From NCBI GenBank assembly GCA_951406725.2, contig OX597823.1, positions 15,748,001-15,812,000 of the forward strand: 64,000 nucleotides of DNA. Reading direction: 5' to 3'. The translations under genes and the position numbers were made by a program. Shown in pieces: positions 1 to 11,685 of the stretch; positions within the stretch are counted from its first letter, which is position 1, and the number at the start of each line of letters is the position of its first letter. Source of the stretch: Octopus vulgaris. Lineage: Eukaryota. Under the pieces are notes generated by a model. That model ran no database searches. It saw only the letters and a program-made list of their open reading frames with translations, and had not been told where the DNA came from.

Positions 1-54
<54 letters not shown>
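1..54. repeat. (TAGA)n microsatellite
   Basis: Perfect tagatagata... run from the window start. Confidence 0.97.
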
Positions 55-689
55 CGCACACATACACAGAAGCATAGACAAACTTTTACATGTTGCACGC
101 ACACACACACACACACATACTCTACCACACGTATGCACACAAATCCGTTGGATAAGATCCCTGTTTGGCATAGCTCGACATAAACAAAGCTTGTTCATTT
201 CGTACTGGTGTCATCAGCAGGTGTGAGTATGTCGTTGTCATGTTGTGACAGGCATGTTGTGACTTACTCCAGTTGGTAGTGGTCTGTTTGTCAGTTTACA
301 TATCTTCTCTGTCCGTGCTGCCTGCCGGAAATATTCCCTTTTCTTTTTCGTTCACATGTTTGCAGAAGCTCCTTTCAACAAAGAAGAAACAAGAATCCTT
401 GAGATCTGTGACGGAATTTTGCAATACACACACAAGCACTGGGCTTCTGTATACATATGTATGTTTGAGTTTACAAACAGGAGAAGGGAGTACTCACTAC
501 ATGTTGTGTAGTATATGCTTATTTTACGAAATAGTGTGTACTTATAGGCATATATATAGTTTAACAAAGCTTGTAAATCGTCGGGGAAAAAAATCACTGG
601 ATAATTATTAGACGAGAGATTTTATTATTAATATTTATATATTTGAGATTCGTTGAACAGCTAAATGAATGTGTCTCATAAATAAAGAC

Positions 690-985
690 AGTCAGAAGAA
701 AAGAAGGTTTAGAGGAAGAAAGAAAATTTATCTCCGAACGAGTTATGAAGATAGCCTGAGGAGAAGAGGGAGGCAAGAAAGAAAGAGAGAGAGAGAGAGG
801 GGAACAAAAAGGAGGGAATAATGAGGGAGGGTGAAAAAGAAAGAGAAAACAAAGGAGAGATTAAGAGGGAGGGAGAAAAAGAAAGAGTGAACAAGGAGAT
901 ATAAAGAGAGAAAGGAAGAAAGAAAGAAAGAGCAAACGAGGGAAAGATAAAGAGAATGAACGAAGGAAGGAGAAAGAGACACGAT
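690..985 (+). repeat. Polypurine (GA-rich) tract upstream of the GRTP1-like start codon; possible 5' UTR/promoter-proximal sequence
   Basis: About 300 bp almost entirely A/G on the + strand; it explains the F/L/S-rich minus-strand ORFs 709-1038 and 743-982. Confidence 0.75.
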
Positions 986-1359
986 GTAATCGATAATACA
1001 ATAAAAGCGAAGAAATCAAACCAGATTCCAAGGTACACGTTCAGTTAATTGACTGCAGTTCTCGCCTCTTTTCGACATCTAATATGATTTTATTTTGACA
1101 CGCAAAAGCCTTTAAGATATCTGTATTTATTTTTTTTTTCTGTTCGTGTTCTTCGGTCGTCTTAATCTTATTTTAATAATCTGATGTTTTCAAGCAGTCT
1201 TCTTGCTCCACCGCGAGGAGAACATAAATTTATGCTACCACCAACGATTTAATCGTGACTTGCATGGGATACAATATATATTTATTTATATATTTTCACA
1301 TTCCTCTAAATATATAAAAGTTCATCTATAAGATCCTACATTGTTTCCCCTTAGTTGCA

Positions 1360-1385
1360 ATGGATTGGGGAACCGATGCGAACAG
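1360..1385 (+). CDS. GRTP1: Putative first coding exon of a GRTP1/TBC1D6-like Rab-GAP gene (MDWGTDAN+AG, phase 2)
   Basis: ATG at 1360 followed by a consensus donor CAG|GTAAGT at 1385/1386. The 26 coding nt join in frame to the exon at 49376 (AG+T=Ser). A pyrimidine-rich AG at 1354 suggests an upstream non-coding exon. The link across 48 kb is inferred from phase. Confidence 0.68.
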
Positions 1386-2139
1386 GTAAGTACCATTTAA
1401 TGCTTGTCACTGTTTTACTTTCTCTTTTTCTTTAAGTCTTGTTTCGAAGCACATGTCGGACTAAAAGTGGGGGTCCAGTATGTATCTAATTTTGGTGGGA
1501 GGTTTTCATTAGCAACGTCCAGCTGGCGTCCTTAGCGCAGCTTATCACAAGCTTAAATTAAAATTCAGTGTGTAAGAGCGATAAACAAACACATATGCTG
1601 GAGAGCCGTAGAATAAAAAAGAAATATCACTTTATTTTACTATTATATCTTGCCCTGTCCTTGCTGGTAAATTATTATAAAAGCCAATTTGAACATGCAT
1701 TAGATATCTTTCGATAGAGCACTGCGTTCTGAGACATGTCATATCATGTTATATATTTCTCCAAGACTTTATGTTTAAATAAAGTACTGACAGTATTATA
1801 AATAAATGGAATTCTAGAGCACCTAACTAGAACATTTTACTGTATATAGTTCAAAGTATCACTTAGTTTTGTCTTTAAAAAATCCCAGTCTTCTACAACA
1901 TAACAAAAGAAAATCTATAGTTATTACTTTTCATAGAGCGAAAGTATCACAGCATTCATCTTCTAACTGGAGACAATCTTGTTATTATTTGAGTGGCAAA
2001 ATTAGTAGATCAGTTGGTAAATTACCTTGCCGTAATTTAGTTATGTTCCGAGTTCAAATCCCTTCGTTTTTGTTATTCCATCTTCTAAGTACTATAAAAT
2101 GCCAATCGAGTATTGACTTCGATTGTGGCCTTGTGATTG

Positions 2140-2800
2140 ACAGGATATTTAGAGCGCCGGAAAAAGAAAAAAAAATCTTGCAGTATTACTTCTAGATCTA
2201 CGTTGTGAGTTCAAACCCCGGCATTCTTTCGATATAACTCGACAAAATCAAAACATTTCACTTCGGATATTTCCTTGGAAGCAAATGACAGTTCGATTCT
2301 GTTTTCTGCTTGGAAATTTGCGGATTTTACATACACACATGAAACAAGGTAAGAACAAATGTGCAAGGCTTTTTTTCTTCAAGTCTAAAATGAGACATTG
2401 CTTGCATAAGTTCGTTATATCTATACTCCACAACCCACGGAAATATCCAAAGTGAAATGTTTTGATTTTGTCGAGTTATATCGAAGGAATGCCCAAATCC
2501 CATCCGAAGTTAACTTTACCTTTTATCCTTTTGGGATTGATAAAATAAAATACAAGTAGTCATGCACTGAGGGGAGGGGTCGATGCTATCGACTAACCCC
2601 ACCACTCTTAAAATTGTACTAAAATTTGAAGCAATTATTACCAAAGGCCGCAAGCTGGCAGAATAATTAGTATCTGATAAAAATGATTCATGATTTTTCT
2701 TCTGGCTCTTTTGTTTCTGAACTCAAATTTCACCTTCAGTCCTTTTGGGGGTCTATAAAATATATTACCAGTTTATTAATCTCTCTCCCCTCAATCAAAA
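2140..2800 (+). mobile_element. Degenerate SINE family B copies; the first is interrupted by a MITE
   Basis: Decayed match to the core seen at 37213 (gagttcaaa...actttaccttttatccttttggg...gataaaat...ggggtcgat). Confidence 0.65.
2220..2493. mobile_element. MITE with ~58-bp terminal inverted repeats (TIRs) and 8-bp TSD (Merlin-like GG...CC ends)
   Basis: Left TIR ggcattctttcgatataactcgacaaaatcaaaacatttcacttcggatatttcc; its complement ends gaatgcc. Flanks are caaacccc / caaatccc. Confidence 0.85.
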
Positions 2801-3839
2801 ACCATTACTGTTATTATTGAGGCTTACAGAAACGACCAATCACCAATCAAAATGCTTTGTAGAATTTGTTTACCCCTTTTCATCTTGCATTCAAACCTTG
2901 CTGAAGTTAACTTTGTCATTCATTTTACCAAATTAAGTAGGAGTTGGTTAAATGAAAGGCACTTTTCAAAACTCGTTTTCAGGAATGTACTAAATACTTA
3001 AAGGTATTCTACCATCACTGCTAATCTGCCATCCTATTAATAAAAATAAGTTATGGTTTCTTTTATTGCCATAATACTGAGAGATGTGGGGGATATTATC
3101 ACAATAAATAAAATAGTCTCAATAGGTGGAGAGCTCCTTTGGACCTGTTGGTCTACATCAAATAAATTCTGATTTACTCTGACTAACAAATACAAATACC
3201 TTATCTCAATATTTGACCCACGACACACAAGCGCATATTAAGGACAGGATCATTCATTTAAGCCATTTTCATCATTCTTGTCCACCTTCTTTGCAAATTT
3301 ACCAGAAGGCAACACTTCTTTGCTTTACCTTCATCTTTCTTTTCAGGTGGTATTTTAAAAAAGATCATGAGGACTTGGCCAAGGAAGAAATACCCTGGCT
3401 TAAGTCCTTTCAGTTTTTACCCATCACACTACCTTTACCCCTATAGCCACCAAGCAGAGTGACAGGACTTGTCCTTCTTAGCAAAGTTAGTGGAGGAGGC
3501 ACTCTTAATAATGGATTCTTCTGAGAGCTGGATCTGACATAACTCCAGAATTCAGCAATGTTTAGGCACTGGATGAATATGCAGAGAATGGTTTTGTTAC
3601 TCTGGCTGCATCTCAGACATGCCTAGATTACAGGACTGCCATGCATCTAAACCTTATCTTAGATTGGCATTGCCTCTGAATAGAACTACCAGACTAGAAA
3701 TTTTTGGATGTAATCCATAATCCTTGAGCTGGAAGTCCACCAATAGAAACTGCTTTGTTGATCATGATGAACGTAAAGAGAATCTGCTGGAAAATTATCT
3801 CTGACGCCCACTACTAACATTCTACAGAATGCATATTAA

Positions 3840-4059
3840 CCCTTTAGCATTTGAATCAACCATATCTGGTGAAAATATTCTACCTGTGTTATGATCCAGC
3901 CAGCCAGATCTAGCCTGTCACACCTACCCTACAATGTTGTTCTTAAAGTAGACTATCACATTGTCAATATCTCAAAGGTATGAGATATAGCATGTTTAAT
4001 TCAAAATAATGTGAATAAATAAGCATTACATTCGACAAAGTTATCTGAATGTTAAAGGG
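3840..4059. mobile_element. piggyBac-like MITE, family 1
   Basis: ttaa|ccctttagcatt ... aatgttaaaggg|ttac. Related copies at ~37868-38907 and ~44305-44510. Confidence 0.75.
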
Positions 4060-4557
4060 TTACTAATCCTTTGGCTGCCCTACTTGACTGGTAGAGGATT
4101 GTGTGCACTTAACAAATTCCAGATGTTAGGCACCTAATTATGGTTAATACCTGATCTGAAACTGCAGCTCTGTCAAAGAGACAAACTGCAAAATGATGTC
4201 CCTGACAAAAGTAACACATCTGCTCACTGTCTGAGAATCTTTGCAGATGTCACTACCTAAATAGTTAATACTTTATTTAAAGGTCTTAAAAAGTCTTTTT
4301 ATAATCTAAGACATGTGACTTTAGTATCATTTTTTTTTTCTAAGAACACAGGTTTTACAAATAAAATGTTGGATCCTGAAAACTGAACCTGCCTTTACTC
4401 ACACATACACACACACCTCATTATCATTTAACATCTGTTTTCGATGCCGGCTTAGGTTCGATGGTTCGACAGGATCCATCAAGCCACAAACTGCATTGAA
4501 CTCTAATGTCAGCTTTGGTATAGATTCTATGACTGAATGTCCTTCTCAACACTTTAA

Positions 4558-4767
4558 CCCTTTCTTTACTGTATTTATTTTGAGATGCTCTGTATTTCTT
4601 TCAATTACTTTCAATATTTAGTAAAATAACTTAGTTTTCATTCAGCTAGTGTTAGGAACATAAATTGTGACTAAGGTTTGGTGGAAGATTTTAATTCAAA
4701 ACTTATGAAAACAAGACGTTTGTACTCAGAGCCAGAGCCAGTTTCAGCCGGGTTGGTAACGAAAGGG
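4558..4767. mobile_element. piggyBac-like MITE, family 2
   Basis: TTAA on both sides; TIRs ccctttctttac / gtaacgaaaggg. A decayed relative lies near 57770-58000. Confidence 0.8.
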
Positions 4768-4991
4768 TTAAATAATATTTCGCCAAATCAATTTAAATAA
4801 TATTTGCAATAAAAGTTCAATCCTAGGTTAAGCTATTTCACTTCATTTATCTTGCAAGCTTGCAGTTGTTGTCTATAAGCCAAGATGGAGAGAGAGAGAG
4901 AGAGGTTTTATCAGGTTAATTTTTTTCTTGAGACTTTGTGAAGACAAAAGCTTCTATTTTTCATAAATGGTTATAAGACATATTTTAGATG

Positions 4992-5210
4992 CTGCAGGCA
5001 TGGCTGTTTGGTTAAGAAGTTTGTCTCCAAACCACATGGTTTTGGGTTCAGTCCCACTACGAGGTACTTTGGGCAGGTGTCATCTGCTTTCACCTCAGGT
5101 TGACCAAAGTCTTATGAGGGTATTTGGTAGAAAGAAACAGTAAAATATATGTATGTATGTGTGTGTGTGCGTGCGTGCATGCATGCATGCGTGCGTGTGT
5201 ATGTATGTAT
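4992..5210 (+). mobile_element. SINE family A, 5' half (degenerate)
   Basis: tRNA-like head gcaggcatggctgtttggttaag...gggttcagtcccac followed by the internal TG microsatellite. Confidence 0.75.
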
Positions 5211-5221
5211 ATATTGACCTT

Positions 5222-5600
5222 TTTGTGTGCACAGTTTGTGATAGACCATGCCTTTCTTTTGCTGGGCTCAAATCTCATTTGCAAGCCCATAGAAAATGAA
5301 CCTCCACCAACTATTCTGCCTATATGTCTGCACACACCTTTGAATGCAGTGTATGCCAGAAGGTTTGCAAATTTAATGGAGGCTTCAGAAGACATTTTAA
5401 GATCCACAAAGATCAGAACTTATCTGCAGCTCTTGGTGGTCCGAATCGGATGTGCAATTTATGTGGGTGTCTTTTCAGAACATTGTCTAGTTTAAAAAGC
5501 CACATCATATGCCATGATGGTTCTAAGGGGTAGTACAGGAGGTGGTCAAACTCTGCATTAAGAGTAGACAACCACTATGTATGTATGCATGCATGCATGT
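5222..5600 (+). pseudogene. Three tandem C2H2 zinc fingers with an internal stop; probable 3' end of an RTE-type LINE
   Basis: One frame reads FVCTVCDRPCLSFAGLKSHLQAHRK*...FECSVCQKVCKFNGGFRRHFKIH...MCNLCGCLFRTLSSLKSHIICH. No TGEKP linkers; short 3' UTR and (TATG)n tail. Confidence 0.65.
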
Positions 5601-5804
5601 GCACATATGTGTGTGTTTGTCTACATTTGTGCAACTCTGAATATTGAAAGCAAAAGAAAGAAAAGTGATGATCTTGGCATTTTTCCAGTCAACAACTTTT
5701 TTGATTTGTGCTTTTGAGAAAATAAGAAATCACTTATTTGGAAAAAAAATTAAGGGTTAATGACAAGAAAAGCATCAATATCTCTATAATACATTCATCT
5801 AACC

Positions 5805-6083
5805 CAGAAGTTCTCAAACATTTTGGGCCACCCTCCCCCTCATGGCCACATAATACCCTCAGTGGCCCCACCCCTATTTTATGTATAAATAAATATTTTA
5901 TATTTTACTAATTTATATTATGAATCATTTGATATTTAATATATGTAATTTGTATACAATACTATGATATTATAATAAATTCATAGTGTCCCCCAATCCA
6001 TTGCCTTCCTCTCAACATCTCCTTTTCCTCTATCGCCACCCCACTGCCCTCTTAGGCACCAATGCCCACTTTGAGAACTTATG
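5805..6083. mobile_element. hAT (Charlie-like) MITE
   Basis: TIRs cagaagttctcaaa / tttgagaacttatg; perfect 8-bp TSD atctaacc (5797-5804, 6084-6091). Confidence 0.85.
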
Positions 6084-6417
6084 ATCTAACCCATGCTAGT
6101 ATGCAATACCAGATGTTAAACAAAAAATGAACAAATGGTGGTGCCCCAGCATGGCCACAGCTCGTGAGCTGAAACTAGATAAAATGATAAAATGATAAAT
6201 AATACAGATGGCTAAGTGGCTCAGGTACCAAATAACTGTTAGTTATTGAAAGGTTAGTGCTTCAGTACAAGAAATTGGTCCTGTGCAGTATTCACAGCCA
6301 AAATATTTTTGAAAGACTCAGGATTCAAATAAAGAGAGTGATAGAAAAGATACCAGACTTAAAAAAAAAAAAAGTACTCATAGCAATTTGTTTGACTAAA
6401 CCCTTCAAGGTTATGCT

Positions 6418-6773
6418 CCAGTATGGCTGTGTGTTAAGTAGCTTGCTTACCAACCATATGGTTCTGGGCTCAGTTCCACTGTGTGGCACCTTGGGTAAAC
6501 GTCTTCTATTATAGCCTTGGGCTGACCAAAGCCTAGTGAGTGGATTTGGTAGACGAAAACTGAAAGAAGCCCGTTGTATATATATCTATCTATATATATG
6601 TATGTGTGTGTGTGTGCTGGTGTGTTTACATCCCTATACCTTAGTGGTTTGGCAAAAGTGGCTGATAGAATAAGTACTAAGCTTACAAAGAATAAGTCTT
6701 AGGGTCGACTTGTATGACTAAAGGCAGTGCTCCAGCATGGCCTCAGTCAAATGACTGAAACAAATAAAAGAAT
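6418..6773 (+). mobile_element. SINE family A (tRNA-derived, octopus-type)
   Basis: Head tggctgtg..taagtagcttgcttaccaacc, internal microsatellite, tail ccagcatggcc..agtcaaatgactgaaacaa. Confidence 0.88.
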
Positions 6774-6804
6774 ATATATATAACTACCTTGAACACCTTT
6801 TACA

Positions 6805-7110
6805 GCTCCATGTGTCTAACACATGTGGACCTACAAAGTCAGAAAACAGCACTGCTACCATGACTTTTGGAAACATTTTTTTGCACCCAGAGTTGCTGAA
6901 GTATGGAACAAACTACCTGCTTAAGTTGTTAGTTGCTAAGACATTGCATCCTTTAAAACCTCCATGCTTCCTACAATTTGCCAACACTACGCCTGATATC
7001 CCTCCCTCCCATGTATATTATGACTCATGCACTGTTCACTTTCCTGACTTTTGTATATAATTCTATGTACTGTACATGCACTTTTGATGAGTTGTGGTGT
7101 ACCTGAGCAC
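6805..7110 (+). mobile_element. CR1-like LINE 3' end
   Basis: Encodes a decayed KHFF..RVAEVWNKLPA..V..FK terminus plus 3' UTR; a second copy lies at 61885-62165 (-). Confidence 0.72.
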
Positions 7111-7124
7111 AAAATGTGACCGCG

Positions 7125-7325
7125 TGTGTATCATTGGCGAATTTGTTTTTCCTCCGTCTTCTCTTCCTTGGATCTTTCCTTTTCCTATGTTTCTGGTGAA
7201 GAGCTCCGCTCGAAACATTAAATCCTTCTTTCTTTCCTTTCCTGAGTGTCCAATAACACTATACTTGTTCCACGTCCTCGCGTTGTTGTGTTTTCTCTTT
7301 GTGTTTTCATGTTTGGATTAACTAT
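7125..7325 (+). mobile_element. Penelope-like terminal repeat with a decayed minimal hammerhead ribozyme (7189-7223)
   Basis: gttt-CTGGTGA-A-GAGC-tcc-GCTC-GAAA-ca-T-T-aaat has hammerhead order and stems, with an A6>G core change. Confidence 0.62.
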
Positions 7326-7844
7326 ATGTGTATATATATATGTGTATGTGTGTATATATATATATATGTGTATGTATATATATATATCTTACTAGTTTCA
7401 GTCATGCTGGAGCACCGCCCAGAAGAATTTTTTGTCCAATGAATTGACTCTAGTACTTCAATTTTTTTAAAGTCTGGAGATTATTCTATTGAACACTTTT
7501 GCCTAACTGCTAAGTTATGGGTATGTAAAAATATGGGTATATTGAAACATATCATTATAGTTATAAATATACCATAAACAAGTATAAAAATTGGAGGAGA
7601 AAAAGATGTTGAATCAAAATTAGATTTAACACAAGATTGGATTCAATATATATGCACATTTCAAAAGACAATACATATATGTAAGAAAAAAATTATAATC
7701 ACAGTAATTATAATTTATTTTCATATTCTTACTTGCTCTGGCTGTCTTTTATGAATATGCTGAATCTTTATTAGAAATAATTTTTTTTTCTCTTTTTGGG
7801 TCTCTCAAAAAGTTTGCATTGTTCTTTTTGAATATATACATATT

Positions 7845-7907
<63 letters not shown>

Positions 7908-8503
7908 GTCGATAAATATGTATATATCTATATATGCGTAAATATATATGTATATATATATATATATATGCATATATATATATGCATATATATGTGTAAA
8001 TATATATGCATATATATATATATATATATGTACATATATATATATATATGTATATATATGTGTACATATATATGTATACATATATATGTATACATATATA
8101 TGTGTACATATATATGTGTACATATATATGTATACATATATATGTATACATATATATGTGTACATATATATGTGTACATATATATGTGTACATATATATG
8201 TGTACATATATATGTGTACATATATGTGTACATATATATGTATACATATATGTGTACATATATATGTATACATATATATGTGTATATATATATATATATG
8301 TATATGTGTATATGTATATGTGTATATATATATGTATATGTGTGTATATGTATATGTGTATATATATATGTATATGTGTATATATGAATATGTATATATA
8401 TGTATGTATATGTATATATGTATATGTGTATATGTATATATATATATGTATGTATACATATATATATGTATGTGTGTATATGTATATATATATATATGTA
8501 TGT

Positions 8504-8540
<37 letters not shown>
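7845..8540. repeat. ~700-bp compound (TA)/(TG)/(TACA) microsatellite
   Basis: Directly visible; source of the Y/I/H/C/V-rich ORFs between 7749 and 8644. Confidence 0.97.
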
Positions 8541-8543
<3 letters not shown>

Positions 8544-9443
8544 TTTATATTCTTTATCCCGTCTGTCTTGATAGACAATGGGTTGCGCCAAGGGTGGGGC
8601 CTACTTTGATGATGTGCAGCGTCTGCTGTGACTGAACAGTCCAATTCTAGAGTGGCAGTCCTTGGTACAGTTGCTGCACACGAACATCGATGGGTACGTG
8701 TGGGGTGTTGCTGCAGTTGTCCTCCTCCTGTCCCGCCTGTCCAACCACAGCTGTGCTCTCCTCTCCTCAGCCATGGAAACGCCTTTCCTCACCGTCCGAC
8801 GCCAGGCAGAGCGGTCAGCAGCTGTTTCCTCCCACGTGTCCACACAGATGTTGGCAGTCCTCAGGTCGTGCTTGCACACGTCCCTGTATCGTAGCTGTGG
8901 ACGTCCCTTGGGTCGGGATCCTGTGGTGAGTTCGCTGTACAGGATGTCTTTAGGCATGCGACCGTCCTGCATGCGGCAGACGTGTCCGAGCCAGCGCAGT
9001 CGTCTCTGCACAAGGAGGGCATACATGCTTGGCATATTAGTCCGTTCCAGGATGACTCCGTTTGGTACTCGGTCCTTCCAGGAGATGCCAAGGATCCGTC
9101 GAAGACACCGCATGTGGAAGCCGCTGAGGCAGCATTCCTGCCGGGTGTATGTTGTCCAGCTCTCGCTGCCATAGAGTAGGGTGCTCAGCACGCAGGCTCG
9201 GTACACTGCGATCTTGGTGGTTATTGTGAGCATGTTGTTTTCCTACACTCTCCTGGAGAGCTTAGCCATGGCAGCAGCAGCCTTCCCAATCCATCTGTTC
9301 AGCTCCGGCTCGAGGGACAGGCTGCTGGAGACCGTCGATCCCAGGTAAGTGAACTCGTTCACCACCTGCAAGCTGTGGTCGCTGACACTGATGCTGGGGA
9401 CCCCTCCGAAGTCCTGGCCCATGATCTCTGTCTTTTTCAGTCT
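8541..9443 (-). mobile_element. 5'-truncated RTE-clade LINE (RT C-terminus plus terminal zinc finger), relatively young
   Basis: LKKTEIMGQD...FTYLGS...VLSTLLYGSESWTTY...RLRWLGHVCRM...GRPQLRYRD...[17 protein letters not shown]. In-frame TAG at 9243-9245; (ATAAAGAAT) tail. Confidence 0.93.
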
Positions 9444-9769
9444 TCATATATATATATATGTGTGTGTGTGTGTGTATTATTATCTAACTCCTACATTGTT
9501 TTATTGATTTTGATGAAACTTGACATGCGAGTGGAACTCATGTCTGGAAAACTAATGATATATTTAGATTCTTGAAAAAAAAAATCGATAATGGGGCCCC
9601 TGGAAGGGATTCTTATATCTACTACATATTAGTAATATCTTATTTTTAAGCATCCAAGGGAAATAACCTATTCACTCCTGAAAGGGATCCTTGTATATAG
9701 CCAAGGGAGATAACCCATTCATGTTTGTAAATTATTTCATATATATCAAATTGAGTATGCTTATTCCTT

Positions 9770-10878
9770 AGTATTTGAACTATTTGAGTTATTTTCGCAA
9801 TTTATAGGTGAATATATAACAATTAGTGGACATTAAGCTTATTCTGTGGATTTTGATAACGTTTTAGTTTTACATAAATGTGAATTTAGAAATACTTCCA
9901 AAGTAACTGCTATATTACATGACGCTTATCTGTTACTTTTATCTTTAAAATACATATTTCTGTTTATTTTCCCTGTATTAATAATTTACGTCATATCTAT
10001 AATTGATGGAATTTTTTTTGCAATGCAAAATTTTTAGTTTAACGGTTAAAATTTCAATTTACAATATATATATTTCTACTTATTAGTCCTAAAATTATTA
10101 TTTACGTATTTATTTAAAATGATAGAATTTTTGTAACACTAAATTTATAGTTAATTTTTAACTTGGGTTTAGTTTAATTTTAGTTTAGCTTAATTTTAAT
10201 TCCAAATTTTTAAATTATAAATGTTAAATTATAAATTTAATTTTTACTTTTTACTTTTCATAAAAATTGGTAAATTTTATCTGATTATTTATTTATTTAT
10301 TTAAATAATTTAACCACGTAAATAAATTTTCCCTTCATATATATTTTTTCCTATTTGTAGTCTTTTTAAAATTATCTCCCCTATACTGGAAATCTCTTAA
10401 ATAGACGATATAATATTCTTTAGTACTGGTATTCATTAAGAAGAATTATCTTCCCTACATTGGAAATTATATAAATAGGGGACATAATTACTTCAGTTGC
10501 CATGTTTAATTTGCGATGTTAACTGGTACTCATCAATAAGATAAGTCATGCTTCTACTATTCTTTAATACTGTTAAATCTTATCGATTAGTTCTAAATGT
10601 ATATTTAAATTATAATGTCTTCATTTATGTTGTAAATCTATTTTATATTATTTAGACCTGAAGAGTGGCTATGTATCGTTGGATTGAAGAAATATTAATT
10701 TTTGAGATTATCGATATTGATATTGTTGACTTAGATATATATTGTCATGAAATGTGCGTTGTTGTTGTAATGTGTATTATTTAGTATAGTAATTTTTAGT
10801 ACAATATTAATATATTTAAATTTATATTTTATCATAGATAATTGAATTACTTTAAGGAGGTTCTGTCTCTTAATTCTA
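9770..10878 (+). mobile_element. Very AT-rich repeat ending in a Penelope-like terminal repeat with a decayed hammerhead (10655-10763)
   Basis: gac-CTGAAGA-GTGGCtatgtat...atatattGTCAT-GAAA-tgtgcg-T-T-gtt. The extent of the element is uncertain. Confidence 0.45.
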
Positions 10879-10980
10879 TATACATATATATATATATGTG
10901 TGTATATATATATATACACACACACAAATACATATATATATGTGTATATATATATATATACACACACACAAATACATATA

Positions 10981-11034
<54 letters not shown>
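10879..11034. repeat. Compound (TA)/(CA) microsatellite
   Basis: Directly visible. Confidence 0.95.
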
Positions 11035-11240
11035 TGAATACCACATCTTGATTCCCTCCATTTTCTTATTGCTGTATAAATTAAGAGTAAAACAACTTTC
11101 TACCCTCACCCATTTATTACATTAAGTAGTGTAATTACCATGCAATGAAAAACACTTGTGTATTAATAATTGGGTATTCTACAAGTAGTATATTGGTTAG
11201 ATATTATCCCTTAGTTGGTTGGATTTACAACCTCTAACTC

Positions 11241-11278
<38 letters not shown>

Positions 11279-11513
11279 CACTTTATTGTAAAGCAGCAAA
11301 AAGATCACAAAAACTCTTACTCAGTTTCATGTTCTCGTTTGTCCAACAGTTTTGTTTAGATTCTCAACATAACTGTCCAATGAACAGGAATGTGAAACTC
11401 TGAGTAACTGTTTTTCTGATATTTTTGCTGCTTTTTAATAAAGCATATTACTCTACCTCTGGTATTCGAGTACTATTTTTACCACCTTGTTTTGCATTTA
11501 TGTGCTTACTCCA

Positions 11514-11546
<33 letters not shown>

Positions 11547-11549
<3 letters not shown>

Positions 11550-11685
11550 TCATCATCATCATCACCCTCGTTTAACGTCTGCTTTCCATACTAGCATGGG
11601 TTGGACGATTTGACTGAGGTCTGGTGAACCAGATGGTTGCACCAGACTCCAATCAGATCTGGCAGAGTTTCTACAGCTGGATGAT
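11547..11685 (-). mobile_element. RTE 3'-UTR-derived short repeat (family D)
   Basis: (cat)n...tttaacgtctgctttccatactagcatgggttggacg. Confidence 0.8.

Noticed and set aside
3200-4270. Possible ancient LINE (IFADV-like motif near 4240)
   Set aside because: Too decayed to recover several ordered motifs; left unannotated, as are 21830-22870 and 24480-25250.
7749-8644. Long ORFs of 160-280 aa rich in Y/I/H/C/V
   Set aside because: Translations of TA/TG microsatellite; the same applies to 10731-11125, 33094-33568 and 39890-40388.
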